Below are positions 39,001-47,405 of a stretch of DNA of 53,870 nucleotides, in pieces (the stretch's first letter is position 1; every line of letters starts with the position of its first letter). The translations under genes and the position numbers were made by a program. Under the pieces are notes generated by a model. The model was not told the origin of the DNA and ran no database searches. It worked only from the letters and a program-made list of their open reading frames with translations. The stretch is from NCBI GenBank assembly GCA_024401615.1, contig JAKSKS010000001.1, positions 1-53,870 of the forward strand, read 5' to 3'. This DNA is from Paludibacteraceae bacterium (lineage in GTDB: Bacteria > Bacteroidota > Bacteroidia > Bacteroidales > Paludibacteraceae).

Positions 39001-39683
39001 TCGTATAGCTTGCCATTCTCTTTTGTTGGAACGGTACCGTCGGTCGTGTAGTAGATTTTTGCACCAGCAGTGGTAGAGCTGAGGGTTATAGTCATAAGCT
39101 CGGTATTGGCATACACGCCGCCATTCTTATTAAATGTTGGTGCCGCACACTGGTGACTTGTCTGAAATGCTTTTAGGCTTGTTGCCACATAGGCGGTGTC
39201 GTTCTTCTTTCCCGGTGTTGGTTCCATATAGCCAACGCCGCTTTTCCCAACACCATACGATACGTATGAACAGATGTCTGGAACATTTAGGGTGGAAACA
39301 ATCTTGCCAGATGGGTCCATCAGCGAAATCTCACCACCGTCGGCGTCAAGTTTGTAGCTGATGTGCTTCTTTATGCCTGCAACTTTGTCGAAAAAGAGGA
39401 GGATGTAACCCGCTGAATCTATTTTGCAGTCGTAGTCAATCACATGCTCTTTAATGGTGTCTACCTCTAATGGCTTATATAAGATGGTGTAACCGTTGAT
39501 GTTGACGGGCGCGCTACCGTTGTTGTATAGTTCTACCCATGCGCTGTATTGGTATGTTTCTTTGTCCATTACAGTGTTTAGGTTGCTTGGCATTGCCTCG
39601 TTAACGACAACAGCAGCACTAACAGAACTAATTGCCCCGCATAACATCAATGGAAGAAATAACCTCTTTACAATTTTTTTCAT
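36084..39683 (-). CDS. CotH kinase family protein with two lamin-tail domains and T9SS type-A sorting domain (1199 aa)
   Basis: Signal peptide MKKIVKRLFLPLMLCGAISSVSA. Two LTD-like segments are present (VVNEAMPSN...WVELYNNG and FINEICTSN...WIELYNAGD). There is a chitobiase-C-like segment (KIYYTTDGTVPT). The CotH core is recognisable (HLRNGGNDYDGLRFRDGIMQSF...YYLNGEYQGLMLLNEH). The C-terminal Por_Secre_tail reads IAIYPNPVDEQLNI...GIYQINIVTEGNNTRLKFIKK. Confidence 0.9.
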   Translation of the reverse strand: MKKIVKRLFLPLMLCGAISSVSAAVVVNEAMPSNLNTVMDKETYQYSAWVELYNNGSAPVNINGYTILYKPLEVDTIKEHVIDYDCKIDSAGYILLFFDKVAGIKKHISYKLDADGGEISLMDPSGKIVSTLNVPDICSYVSYGVGKSGVGYMEPTPGKKNDTAYVATSLKAFQTSHQCAAPTFNKNGGVYANTELMTITLSSTTAGAKIYYTTDGTVPTKENGKLYEDGIDIAKTFVIRARAYANGKVCSPVATASFILDDKKHSYCNSLGKLPIVSVVTDKKNFDSDTYGIGVKGSNGIKGICDLTGVANYNQDWKRPMNFEFIVDGKTVINHELEGKVMGGCSRQYKTKSLALCASKKCGSGKNKMKYAFFEDKPAATKYKSLHLRNGGNDYDGLRFRDGIMQSFIHGANIDYQAYRPVGYYLNGEYQGLMLLNEHTNSDYLYSNYDLDEEDIDLIKHYKNELVVTEGTIDAYNKLLTEAQTGQNTSGYYEKMNKLMDMDEYMNYMAFEQFIVNTDWPGNNLKFWRNRNNGRFRWIVYDTDFGFGMYEGWAPNYTNYSTNMIKFSAGEGDAVNWGNGSSNSPYKFDEKSKWKTILFSSLMKDDEFKNKFMTKNLMMLQTYFKSDILRAKIDSVAKDAYPEYCAMVANEHWQPNFEDEDELKAMREFAEKRPQYVLEHLASYMGGSPIKLNITSNVAGTDWVINGMYWSKDSYESKYISNQPLTVTAIAPAGYVFKNWKLSSAPSSKLLTSSSEWDYLYNKEGAAEGWNKSGFETEGWLKGTGSFGYGPNDYTTALKYGEDADDKPITGYFRTSVDIDNLEDYEKFTAKISYDDGYILYINGTEVSRENISSDSVVYSTLADDYTNDEVKEISIASKYFVAGKNVVAVEVHQNTPTSSDFTFAMSLNAVGKASGATSKDVTYKTTVSDDYTMEAVFEKNAEVKQIFINEICTSNQRTVENKEVAEGYVLGYADEYGKYGDWIELYNAGDVDVNIAGWYISDNAAKPTKYRIPTTDPNATIVPAHGYKMIWCDNDTWNGPLHVDFKLGDTKVNNIVLSSKPTTIVDSLTTIINIGTNQTYGRATDGSSERHYFKNNCKTPMAANGSVENCVTSEENSKIKLPNTIAIYPNPVDEQLNITSNVEAIKKVVIYDNIGRQIFIETYNSNEVSINTSNLASGIYQINIVTEGNNTRLKFIKK
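36087..36308 (-). other. T9SS type-A C-terminal sorting domain (TIGR04183-like) of the CotH protein
   Basis: YPNP motif, ...V.IYD..GR.I... and the GIYQINI motif in the last ~74 aa. Confidence 0.85.
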
Positions 39684-40155
39684 CTATTTACCCTCAATAA
39701 TATACCCCGTTTTGAGGAAATCAAAACGTGCTGATAACAACTTAAAAATCGAATCATTCAAAGGGAATAGTCCCTATTATTTCACTTTACTTCTTTAATA
39801 TTAGATTCGTACTGCAATATTCGTGAAAATACTTTTAATATGCAAAAGTAACAGCCTCAAACTACCATTTTGTCACAAAAAAAGCTTTGGTCGAATGTTT
39901 TACTTGCTCGACATGTTCATATGTTATGACTCTATCTGATGTTTTAAATTGTAAGTATAGTGTGTGTGTTTGTGTGAATTTGTAATTTTTTGATCGCGTT
40001 TCCGCCTGTTTTGTTTAATTGGTGCTAATTTTTCAAAAAGCAATTTGTTATTCTTTTTCCAAAAATCAGCATCTTCTCTAACTTTGTGATGTGAAAAGTT
40101 TCCGACAAGAAACAAAATGATATAAAATCGCCAAATTTTAAACATTGAATATATT

Positions 40156-41511
40156 ATGCAGAAGAGATGGATTATCCTCATGGCCATTATGGTTTTGATT
40201 TCCATAGTTGGTCTTTTTGTTGACGAAGGTTCTTTCGGTTTCCAAATGGATCCGAATATAAACACCGCCGATGTGGCTTGGATGATTACCGCCACTATTT
40301 TCGTGCTGATGATGACCCCTGGTCTTTCATTCTTCTACGGTGGTATGGTGGGTGCCAAGAACGTTATTTCTACCATGTTGCAGAGTTTTATCGCCATGGG
40401 TATTATCAGTGTCATCTGGGTGGTGGTTGGTTTCAGCCTTTCGTTCGGTGACGATTTGGGTGGCCTTGGTATTTTGGGCGACCCTTCTACTTTCTTTATG
40501 TTTAAAGATGTTGACGGCCATGTTGATACTAATTTGGCTCCAACCATTCCGTTGGCTTTGTATGCGCTCTTCCAGATGAAGTTTGCCATCATCACACCTT
40601 CACTTATTACAGGTTCGTTTGCCGAACGTGTGCGCTTCTCGGCTTATATGGTGTTTATGATGTTGTTCTGTATCATCATCTATTGCCCATTGGCACATAT
40701 GACTTGGCATCCTGATGGCCTTTTCCGTCAGTGGGGTGTTGTCGACTTCGCCGGTGGTATTGTGGTTCACGCTTCTTCTGGTGTGGCTGCCTTGGCTGGC
40801 GCAATCTTCTTGGGACGCCGTCAAAAGAAAGATGCAAAACCTGCTAACGTTCCTTTCGTTTTGCTCGGTGCGGCTCTCTTGTGGCTCGGCTGGTTCGGTT
40901 TCAACGGTGGTTCTTCCCTTCACGCCGATGCTCAGGCTGTTAAGGCTTTCTTGAACACTAACACTGCATCTGCAACTGCAATGATGACTTGGATTTTCTT
41001 CGACTGTCTTCGTGGTCACAAGCCTTCTGCAATGGGGGCCGCTGTAGGTTGTGTGGTTGGTTTGGTGGCTATCACTCCTTCGGCTGGTTATGTGACTGTA
41101 GGACAGAGTATCTTTATCTCAATGGTGATTACAATCGTATGTAACATCTGCGTTCACTGGAGCAACCGCTTCCGTGTTGACGATGCGCTTGACGTGTTCC
41201 CAACCCACGGTATGGGTGGTATTGTAGGTACCGTTTTGACTGGTATTTTCATTCAAGAAGGTTTGATTGCTTGGAACCACGACGGTTTTATCATCTTCCT
41301 GAACCACTTGCTTGCTTTGGTTCTGGTTATCGGTTACACCTTTGTTGTTAGTTATGGGCTTTACTGGTTGACTAACAAGATGATTCCAATGCGCGTCTCT
41401 TTGAAGAGCGAGGAAATTGGTCTTGACTTGAGCCAGCACGACGAACGCTACGGTTTGGCCGATGTTGCTGAACGTGAAATTGCTGAGTATTCTGAAAAAG
41501 AAGACAAGTAA
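40156..41511 (+). CDS. amt: Ammonium transporter (Amt/MEP family)
   Basis: Multi-TM protein with family motifs LMMTPGLSFFYGGMV, DFAGGIVVHASSG, WLGWFGFNGGS and VFPTHGMGGIVG. Confidence 0.95.
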   Translation: MQKRWIILMAIMVLISIVGLFVDEGSFGFQMDPNINTADVAWMITATIFVLMMTPGLSFFYGGMVGAKNVISTMLQSFIAMGIISVIWVVVGFSLSFGDDLGGLGILGDPSTFFMFKDVDGHVDTNLAPTIPLALYALFQMKFAIITPSLITGSFAERVRFSAYMVFMMLFCIIIYCPLAHMTWHPDGLFRQWGVVDFAGGIVVHASSGVAALAGAIFLGRRQKKDAKPANVPFVLLGAALLWLGWFGFNGGSSLHADAQAVKAFLNTNTASATAMMTWIFFDCLRGHKPSAMGAAVGCVVGLVAITPSAGYVTVGQSIFISMVITIVCNICVHWSNRFRVDDALDVFPTHGMGGIVGTVLTGIFIQEGLIAWNHDGFIIFLNHLLALVLVIGYTFVVSYGLYWLTNKMIPMRVSLKSEEIGLDLSQHDERYGLADVAEREIAEYSEKEDK

Positions 41512-41550
41512 GAACTCTTCTGAAAAATTAAGTAAATAAATTATCCTTCA

Positions 41551-41590
41551 AAGGGGCAGAATTGAATGGAAACATTCTTTTCTGCCCCTT
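41551..41590 (+). terminator. Hairpin terminator after amt
   Basis: 11-bp stem AAGGGGCAGAA / TTCTGCCCCTT with an 18-nt loop. The downstream T-tract is weak. Confidence 0.5.
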
Positions 41591-41839
41591 CTTCGTCGTC
41601 TTTGAATGCATTTCACTCTTTCGTAAAAACGTTTTGATTGTATTTTCTTAGTTGATGCCCGTTTTTTCTCATTATGTGCTTCTTTTTGGTTGTAGTTTTG
41701 TTATGCTCGAAACTTACATCGGAATAGTGTTTCCTCTCCCGTTGTTGGACGTGTCCGTAAAACGGCCAATTGCTAAATGTCGCAAATGTTTCGTGTGATG
41801 CTAATTTTTTTTCATAAAGCGTGCGTGCGGATGAAAAAC

Positions 41840-41871
41840 TTTGTGGCGTCAGGTATTAATTTTTATATTTG
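41840..41871 (+). promoter_or_regulatory. Candidate Bacteroidota promoter for the GH5 gene
   Basis: TTTG (41840-41843), 20-nt spacer, TATATTTG (41864-41871), 28 nt upstream of the ATG at 41899. Confidence 0.5.
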
Positions 41872-41898
41872 CATTGTTGTTATACTCTATAAGATTAT

Positions 41899-43044
41899 AT
41901 GAAAAAAAGAATTTTAGGTTCTGCCCTTTTGGCACTCGCTGCAGTGTCTTGTGGTAATCAGGGAACTCCAAGCACAGACGCTGCTAAAAATGACTCTGCT
42001 ACAGTTGAGAAGAAACATTACGAAACCCTTCGTTTGGAAAATGGTGTGAATGTCAGCCATTGGTTGTCACAGTCAAAAAGCCGTGGCGAAGAACGTAATA
42101 ACCAAATCACTAAGCGCGATTTCGATTCTATCGCCGCTATGGGTTTTGATTTCGTTCGTCTTCCAGTTGATGAAGAACATCTTTACGATGAAAACTTTAA
42201 CCGCGACACTGCTGGTTTCCGTTTGATGCATAACGCTATCAAATGGGCGCTTGACGCTAATATGAACATTGTTGTTGACCTTCATGTGGTTCGCTCTCAT
42301 CACTTTAACAGCGAAAACGAACATCCTAACACATTGTTCACCGATCCTGCCGCTCAAGAGAAGTTCGTTGCTATCTGGAAAGATATGCAGAAGGACTTGC
42401 AGCAGTATCCGACCGACCGTTTGGCTTACGGAATCATGAACGAACCTGTTGCTCCAACTCATGAGGCTTGGAACAAGTTGATTGCAAAGACTGTTGCAGG
42501 CATTCGTGAGGCCGAGGCTAACCGCACGCTTATCATTGGTTCTAACCTATGGCAGATTCCACAGACTTTCGATTCTCTTCGTGTTCCAGAAAACGATAAG
42601 AACATTGTGCTTAGCTTCCACTTCTACGAACCAAGCTTGGTTACACACCACCAGGCTCCTTGGACCGATTATGCATTCTATAAAGGCAACATCAATTATC
42701 CTGGTGTTCCTGTCGATAGCGCTAACTTGGCTAAACTTTCAGGTAAGGAGTTGGAAAAAATTATTTCTATGAACGGTGCTTATAACCGCGACACTATGTA
42801 TGCACACATGAAGAAGGCAATCGACAAGGCCGATGCCCTCGGTTTACACTTGTATTGTGGTGAATTTGGCGCATATCCTAAATTCATCGATAAAGAAACT
42901 CGTTTGCGTTGGTATAACGATGTTTGCAGTGTATTCCACGAATATGGCATCGCTAACTGCCACTGGTGCTACAAGGGCGATTTCCCTATCGTAAACGAAG
43001 ACCTTTCTGCTAATGAGTTGCCTGCTATTTTGAACGGCAAATAA
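41899..43044 (+). CDS. Glycoside hydrolase family 5 lipoprotein (endoglucanase/mannanase-like)
   Basis: Lipoprotein signal MKKRILGSALLALAAVSC. GH5 landmarks are present: NGVNVSHWL, FDFVRLPV, acid/base GIMNEP, HFYEP and nucleophile YCGEFG. Confidence 0.9.
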   Translation: MKKRILGSALLALAAVSCGNQGTPSTDAAKNDSATVEKKHYETLRLENGVNVSHWLSQSKSRGEERNNQITKRDFDSIAAMGFDFVRLPVDEEHLYDENFNRDTAGFRLMHNAIKWALDANMNIVVDLHVVRSHHFNSENEHPNTLFTDPAAQEKFVAIWKDMQKDLQQYPTDRLAYGIMNEPVAPTHEAWNKLIAKTVAGIREAEANRTLIIGSNLWQIPQTFDSLRVPENDKNIVLSFHFYEPSLVTHHQAPWTDYAFYKGNINYPGVPVDSANLAKLSGKELEKIISMNGAYNRDTMYAHMKKAIDKADALGLHLYCGEFGAYPKFIDKETRLRWYNDVCSVFHEYGIANCHWCYKGDFPIVNEDLSANELPAILNGK

Positions 43045-43070
43045 TTCGTAGATGTATTTAACTATAATAG

Positions 43071-43104
43071 ATCCGAGTCGCATTGGCGACTCGGATTTTT
43101 TTTG
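43071..43104 (+). terminator. Rho-independent terminator after GH5
   Basis: Stem ATCCGAGTCGC / GCGACTCGGAT, ATTG loop, then T8. Confidence 0.85.
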
Positions 43105-43577
43105 TTATGTCTTGGACATACTGCGCACAAATCCTCAATTTTTAAGCATCGAAGGTGAATTCTGATACCTTAAAATGTCTTTAGTGGTGCCAAATTTTAT
43201 GTGCTGATTAGCAGCTTGTTGTACGAATTTACAAAGTGACAAATTGTTATTTTTGCCAAAAAACAGAATGTTTTCTGGGTTTAATCGTACTTTTTTGGAT
43301 GTTGCCTTTTTAGGCGTTGTCACATCAACAGCCTGCGAAGTTTTGGTTGTGTTTCCTGTTTTGTCGAACTTTGTGTCGCAAGGTTGAAACACAAATCTTC
43401 GCTTGCTCGCATAACCTACTTTTATATATACAGGAACTCACTTTTGTTTTAGGGTTCGTGGTCTTTGGAGAGGCCGTTTATTTGGCATTTGTTGATAGTG
43501 GCGTAGTTGACTGTTTTTATCGAAAAGAATACGTTGCGTAGGATAGTTTTATTTGCAGAACAATGTCAAGAAAAAGA

Positions 43578-43611
43578 AACACTGGGAATGTGTTTTTTAA
43601 TTCCCAGTGTT
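43578..43611 (-). terminator. Strong orphan hairpin (12-bp stem)
   Basis: AACACTGGGAAT (43578-43589) pairs with ATTCCCAGTGTT (43600-43611) around a 10-nt loop. On the minus strand it is followed by a T-rich tract (TTTCTTTTTCTT). No gene can be assigned to it. Confidence 0.3.
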
Positions 43612-43698
43612 CTTTAAATTATATTCGGAAGTTTGCATGTTTGAAGTTTGAGATAGTTCTAATAACTTTTCATTCATTGTTATTCATAATTTTGTTAG

Positions 43699-43727
43699 CC
43701 AGGTGCCGCATGGACCTGGTTTTTTTA
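43699..43727 (+). terminator. Orphan plus-strand terminator-like hairpin
   Basis: CCAGGT / ACCTGG stem with a 9-nt loop, then T7-A-T6. No plus-strand CDS ends here. Confidence 0.35.
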
Positions 43728-43750
43728 TTTTTTCAACTTGGCTGGGGAAC

Positions 43751-43790
43751 AAACAACAAAAAAGGCACATAAACTATGTTTATATGCCTT
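43751..43790 (-). terminator. Terminator of the tRNA-Asn tandem
   Basis: Hairpin AAGGCA-C-ATAAAC / GTTTAT-A-TGCCTT lies 9 nt past the tRNA 3' end. On the minus strand it is followed by TTTTTTGTTGTTT. Confidence 0.7.
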
Positions 43791-43798
43791 GTTCTTTG

Positions 43799-43872
43799 CT
43801 CTTCCTTTTGGACTTGAACCAAAGACCCTCTGATTAACAGTCAGATGCTCTAACCGACTGAGCTAAGGAAGA
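43799..43872 (-). tRNA. tRNA-Asn (anticodon GTT), copy 1
   Basis: The reverse complement folds by hand as TCTTCCT-TA-GCTC-AGTCGGTTA-GAGC-A-TCTGA-CTGTTAA-TCAGA-GGGTC-TTTGG-TTCAAGT-CCAAA-AGGAAGA-G. All four stems pair and the anticodon loop is C-U-GUU-A-A. It is 74 nt with no encoded CCA. Confidence 0.95.
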
Positions 43873-43914
43873 ATATGTTGCTGTCTTTCCCGCTGTCAGG
43901 TGTCACCACCTTTG

Positions 43915-43988
43915 CTCTTCCTTTTGGACTTGAACCAAAGACCCTCTGATTAACAGTCAGATGCTCTAACCGACTGAGCTAAGGAAGA
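43915..43988 (-). tRNA. tRNA-Asn (anticodon GTT), copy 2
   Basis: Identical 74-nt sequence to copy 1, separated from it by a 42-nt spacer. Confidence 0.95.
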
Positions 43989-44123
43989 ATGTTGTGCATT
44001 TCTTTCGTAATGCGATGCAAAATTAAACCAAATTTTCGAACAATGCAATACATACACGAAAAAAATATTCATTAAATTAGTGGAATAATTATAAACGAAC
44101 ATTTTAAAGGTAAATTTCATATT

Positions 44124-45098
44124 ATGGCAAAGCAAATATTAGGTATCGGTAATGCGCTTACCGATATGTTGTGTGTACTTGATTCTGACGCAATTCTCTC
44201 TTCTGCTAAATTGCCAAAGGGCAGTATGCAGTTGGTTGATAAGGACACTCAAACCGCGTTGTTGAAGTCGCTCGAGGGACGTGATGTGAAGAAGGCACGT
44301 GGCGGGTCGGTTCCTAATACTATTGCCGGTATTCAGCAACTCGGTTTGCAGACTGGTTTTGTTGGTCGTGTGGGTACTGACGCTGTTGGCGACTTCTTTG
44401 AAGGCGATTTGAAGGGTATTGGCGTGAAGTCGATGATGATTCACGACAACGCTATGCCTACAGGTACTTGCCTTTCTTTGATTTCTCCAGACGGTGAACG
44501 CACTATGGCCACTTGCTTGGGTGCTACTGGCTTGTTCGATGCGTCTGAAATCAAACCAGAAATGTTCGAAGGCTACGGTATTTGCCATATCGATGGCTAT
44601 TTGCTGCAAAACCACCAACTAATTGAGCGTGCTATGGAGTTGGCGCATGCTGCTGGCGTGATGATTTCGCTCGACTTGGGTTCATATAATGTGGTTGCCG
44701 ACAATCTTGAATTCTTGCAGCGTGTTATTCCGCAGTATGCTGATGTTGTTTTCGCTAACGAAGACGAATCGAAGGCTTATACTAATATGGAGCCTGAACA
44801 GGCGCTCGATGTGTTGGCTTCACAGGTTGAATACGCAATCGTAAAGGTTGGTTCTAAAGGTTCTTTCATTAAGCACAATGGCGAAAAAGTGTTCGTTAAG
44901 CCTTTGCCTAACTGCAACTGTATCGATACCACTGGCGCTGGCGATTTGTATGCGTCTGGTTTCCTTTACGGTTTGGCTAACGACAAGTCTATTGCAGAGT
45001 GTGGCCGCATCGGCGCATTGGTTTCTGGCAAGGTGGTCGAAGTTGTGGGTACCACTATCGATGCTGATCGTTGGAACTTCATCAAGTCGCAATTGTAA
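44124..45098 (+). CDS. PfkB-family kinase (adenosine kinase-like)
   Basis: N-terminal GIGNALTDM and C-terminal DTTGAGDLYASGFLYG (PfkB signature). The 324-aa length is typical. Confidence 0.88.
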   Translation: MAKQILGIGNALTDMLCVLDSDAILSSAKLPKGSMQLVDKDTQTALLKSLEGRDVKKARGGSVPNTIAGIQQLGLQTGFVGRVGTDAVGDFFEGDLKGIGVKSMMIHDNAMPTGTCLSLISPDGERTMATCLGATGLFDASEIKPEMFEGYGICHIDGYLLQNHQLIERAMELAHAAGVMISLDLGSYNVVADNLEFLQRVIPQYADVVFANEDESKAYTNMEPEQALDVLASQVEYAIVKVGSKGSFIKHNGEKVFVKPLPNCNCIDTTGAGDLYASGFLYGLANDKSIAECGRIGALVSGKVVEVVGTTIDADRWNFIKSQL

Positions 45099-45155
45099 AT
45101 TAGTGATATTCTCCCTTTTGCTGAACATCATAGTCTATTCCTATCTATTTTGCTT

Positions 45156-45803
45156 ATGGTACGTGTCTTTTGTCTGATAGTTGCTTTATTGGTAAACTTC
45201 TGTGGCTGTATGGCGCAGAAAGTGACGGTGGGCACGTCTTCAACTTATACCGATGGTGCTTTTCACACCACTTCGGCTTATATTGTCGATGCTCCGGTTT
45301 CTGAGTTAGACAAAGTCCTTCACGAAATTTATGTGGGTATACAGGACAAACCTACAAAAAATTTGAAGTGGCTTTGGAAGAATCTGGGACACCATAGCAA
45401 TGTGGAAGATGATGTGGTTCTGTCGGAGCGTGGTTTTTCTTTCGACCCGCGTACGTCAAGTTACCTGCTGAAACTGGGACTTGCTATGCATAAGGGCGAC
45501 AAACCTATGTTGTTCAATGTGGAAGGAAAATTGCGCGAGTCGACTACAGGGGGAAAAAAGAACGTTTTACTAACGGTAACTAAAAAGATTAAGATATTGA
45601 ATAGCGCTTCTTTCTCGCTTACGTCCGTACCGCAAGCGGGAGGTAAGTCGCTTATATTAGTGAAGTCTGATATGGCTTTTGGCTGGTTCTTCAATATGTT
45701 CTTTACCGAAAGCCGCTACCGTTCTATTATGGAGTGGCGTATTCAGGGCTTGACCATGAATGTGAAGAAGAGGGTAGAGGGTGATACCAGCCCGAACTAT
45801 TAA
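45156..45803 (+). CDS. Hypothetical exported protein (215 aa)
   Basis: The ORF-track start is a TTG. The ATG at 45156 gives MVRVFCLIVALLVNFCGCMAQ, a signal or lipoprotein-like sequence. I recognise no family. Confidence 0.7.
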   Translation: MVRVFCLIVALLVNFCGCMAQKVTVGTSSTYTDGAFHTTSAYIVDAPVSELDKVLHEIYVGIQDKPTKNLKWLWKNLGHHSNVEDDVVLSERGFSFDPRTSSYLLKLGLAMHKGDKPMLFNVEGKLRESTTGGKKNVLLTVTKKIKILNSASFSLTSVPQAGGKSLILVKSDMAFGWFFNMFFTESRYRSIMEWRIQGLTMNVKKRVEGDTSPNY

Positions 45804-45878
45804 GGTGCTCTGCTTTTTGGCATGGCTTATCTGGGGCTTTGGCCCTACATTTATATACATAGAGAGATTTTTATTGAA

Positions 45879-46490
45879 ATGTTAGTTAGAATTTATCCCG
45901 AAAATCCACAAGAAAGGGAAATTGACAAAGTGGTTCAGTTCCTCCGTGATGGCGGACTGATTGTATATCCAACCGATACCGTTTATGGTTTGGGGTGCGA
46001 TATCTTTAACGCAAAAGCGGTCGAGAAGATCTGCTGGTACAAGAAGATTGATCCTCGCAAGGTGAACCTTTCGTTCATCTGTTACGATCTGTCTAACATT
46101 AGCCAATATGCAAAAGTTAGTGACGAGACTTTCAAACTCATGAAGAAGAATTTGCCTGGTCCGTTCACTTTCATCCTTAATGGCAACAACAGTTTGCCAA
46201 AGTTGTTCCGTAACAAGAAGACTGTTGGTATCCGTATTCCCGACAATAACATCATTCGTCAGTTGGTGAAGGGCTTGGGTAACCCTATCCTTTCTACTTC
46301 TGTAAAAGACGATTCGACCGACGAGATGGAGTATTTTACCGACCCCGAGTTGATGGAAGAGAAAATGGGACATATTGCCGACGTTGTGATTAACGGTGGA
46401 TATGGCGAACTCAATCCGTCTACAGTGGTTGACTGCACTGGCAGTGAACCGGTGATTGTACGTCAAGGTAAGGGAGAACTCGTTTGGTAA
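45879..46490 (+). CDS. Sua5/YciO/YrdC/YwlC family protein (single-domain, YciO/TsaC-like)
   Basis: YPTDTVYGLGCD, LPGPFTFIL, VGIRIPDN, ILSTS and PSTVVD motifs. The start was moved to the ATG at 45879 (MLVRIYPENPQ...) to match the family N-terminus. Confidence 0.88.
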   Translation: MLVRIYPENPQEREIDKVVQFLRDGGLIVYPTDTVYGLGCDIFNAKAVEKICWYKKIDPRKVNLSFICYDLSNISQYAKVSDETFKLMKKNLPGPFTFILNGNNSLPKLFRNKKTVGIRIPDNNIIRQLVKGLGNPILSTSVKDDSTDEMEYFTDPELMEEKMGHIADVVINGGYGELNPSTVVDCTGSEPVIVRQGKGELVW

Positions 46491-46500
46491 GTGGTGCTCT

Positions 46501-47394
46501 ATGTGGGTAATGCTTGCTCTTTGCTCGGCTTTCTTTCTGGGCATTTACGACGTTTTTAAAAAGCGCTCGTTGAATGGGAACGCGGTTCTACCTGTACTGT
46601 TCCTCTCGGTTTTTATCTCTTCGGTCATTTTTGTTCCGGTTTTGTTGCTGTCGCGGTTTAATCCGGCTGCGGCGGAAGCGGCGGAAATTTATGTGCCAGA
46701 AGTTGATGCTCAAACGCACTTCTTCATTTTCTTAAAGGCCATTCTGGTCCTTAGTTCGTGGGCGTGCGGATTTTTTGCGCTGAAGCATCTGCCAGTGACT
46801 ATTTTTGCTCCAATACGTGCCACACAACCAGTGTGGACTATTATGGGGGCACTCCTTATTTTTGGCGAACAGTTGTCTGCCATGCAGGTGCTGGGTATCG
46901 CCATTACTCTCATTTCTTTCTTCCGTTTTTCAACAGCGGGCCATAGTGAGAATATTTATTGGAAGAACAATGTGTGGTTGTGGCTCATTATTGCCGCAAC
47001 TTTGTTGGGCGCGTGCAGTGGTTTGTACGACAAACACATGCTCCGCATTTTCGACCGTATGGCCGTGCAGGTGTATAGCACCATGTACCAGGCGGCGTTT
47101 ATGTTTGTGGTGTTGATGCTGGTATGGTGGCCTACGCATAAGAAGACGACTCCGTTTCAGTGGCGTTGGACCATTGTGGGCATCTCTGTCTTCTTAACCA
47201 TTGCCGATTATGTGTACTATAGGGCGTTAAGCCAACCCGATTCGCTTATTTCGGTGGTTTCTACTATCCGTCGTTCGGGTGCGGTTATTTCGTTCCTGTA
47301 TGGCGCTTTCTTCTTGCACGAAAAGAACCTCCGAACTAAAGGCATCTATTTGTTGGGTGTCTTAATCGGTGTGTCTCTGTTAGTTATTAAATAA
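46501..47394 (+). CDS. EamA/DMT family transporter
   Basis: Ten predicted TM helices with a two-halves architecture. The start was set at the ATG at 46501 (MWVMLALCSAFFLGIYD), just after the upstream stop. Confidence 0.82.
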   Translation: MWVMLALCSAFFLGIYDVFKKRSLNGNAVLPVLFLSVFISSVIFVPVLLLSRFNPAAAEAAEIYVPEVDAQTHFFIFLKAILVLSSWACGFFALKHLPVTIFAPIRATQPVWTIMGALLIFGEQLSAMQVLGIAITLISFFRFSTAGHSENIYWKNNVWLWLIIAATLLGACSGLYDKHMLRIFDRMAVQVYSTMYQAAFMFVVLMLVWWPTHKKTTPFQWRWTIVGISVFLTIADYVYYRALSQPDSLISVVSTIRRSGAVISFLYGAFFLHEKNLRTKGIYLLGVLIGVSLLVIK

Positions 47395-47405
47395 ATTGTG
47401 GCAGT

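Noticed and set aside
39924-40295. A 123-aa minus-strand ORF overlapping the amt start and its upstream region.
   Set aside because: It overlaps the well-supported amt CDS, has no recognisable motifs, and has AT-rich, low-complexity composition. It is likely spurious.
40156-41511. An amt gene without an adjacent glnK/P-II gene, considered as a possible anomaly.
   Set aside because: Stand-alone amt genes do occur. Nothing in the flanking sequence suggests a lost or novel regulator, so this is not worth flagging.
43135-43392. An 85-aa minus-strand ORF (and a 69-aa plus-strand ORF at 43563-43772) in the GH5-tRNA spacer.
   Set aside because: I recognise no family, found no promoter motif, and the composition is typical of intergenic DNA. 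I cannot support either as a gene, so the region is reported only as ORF-poor with hairpins.
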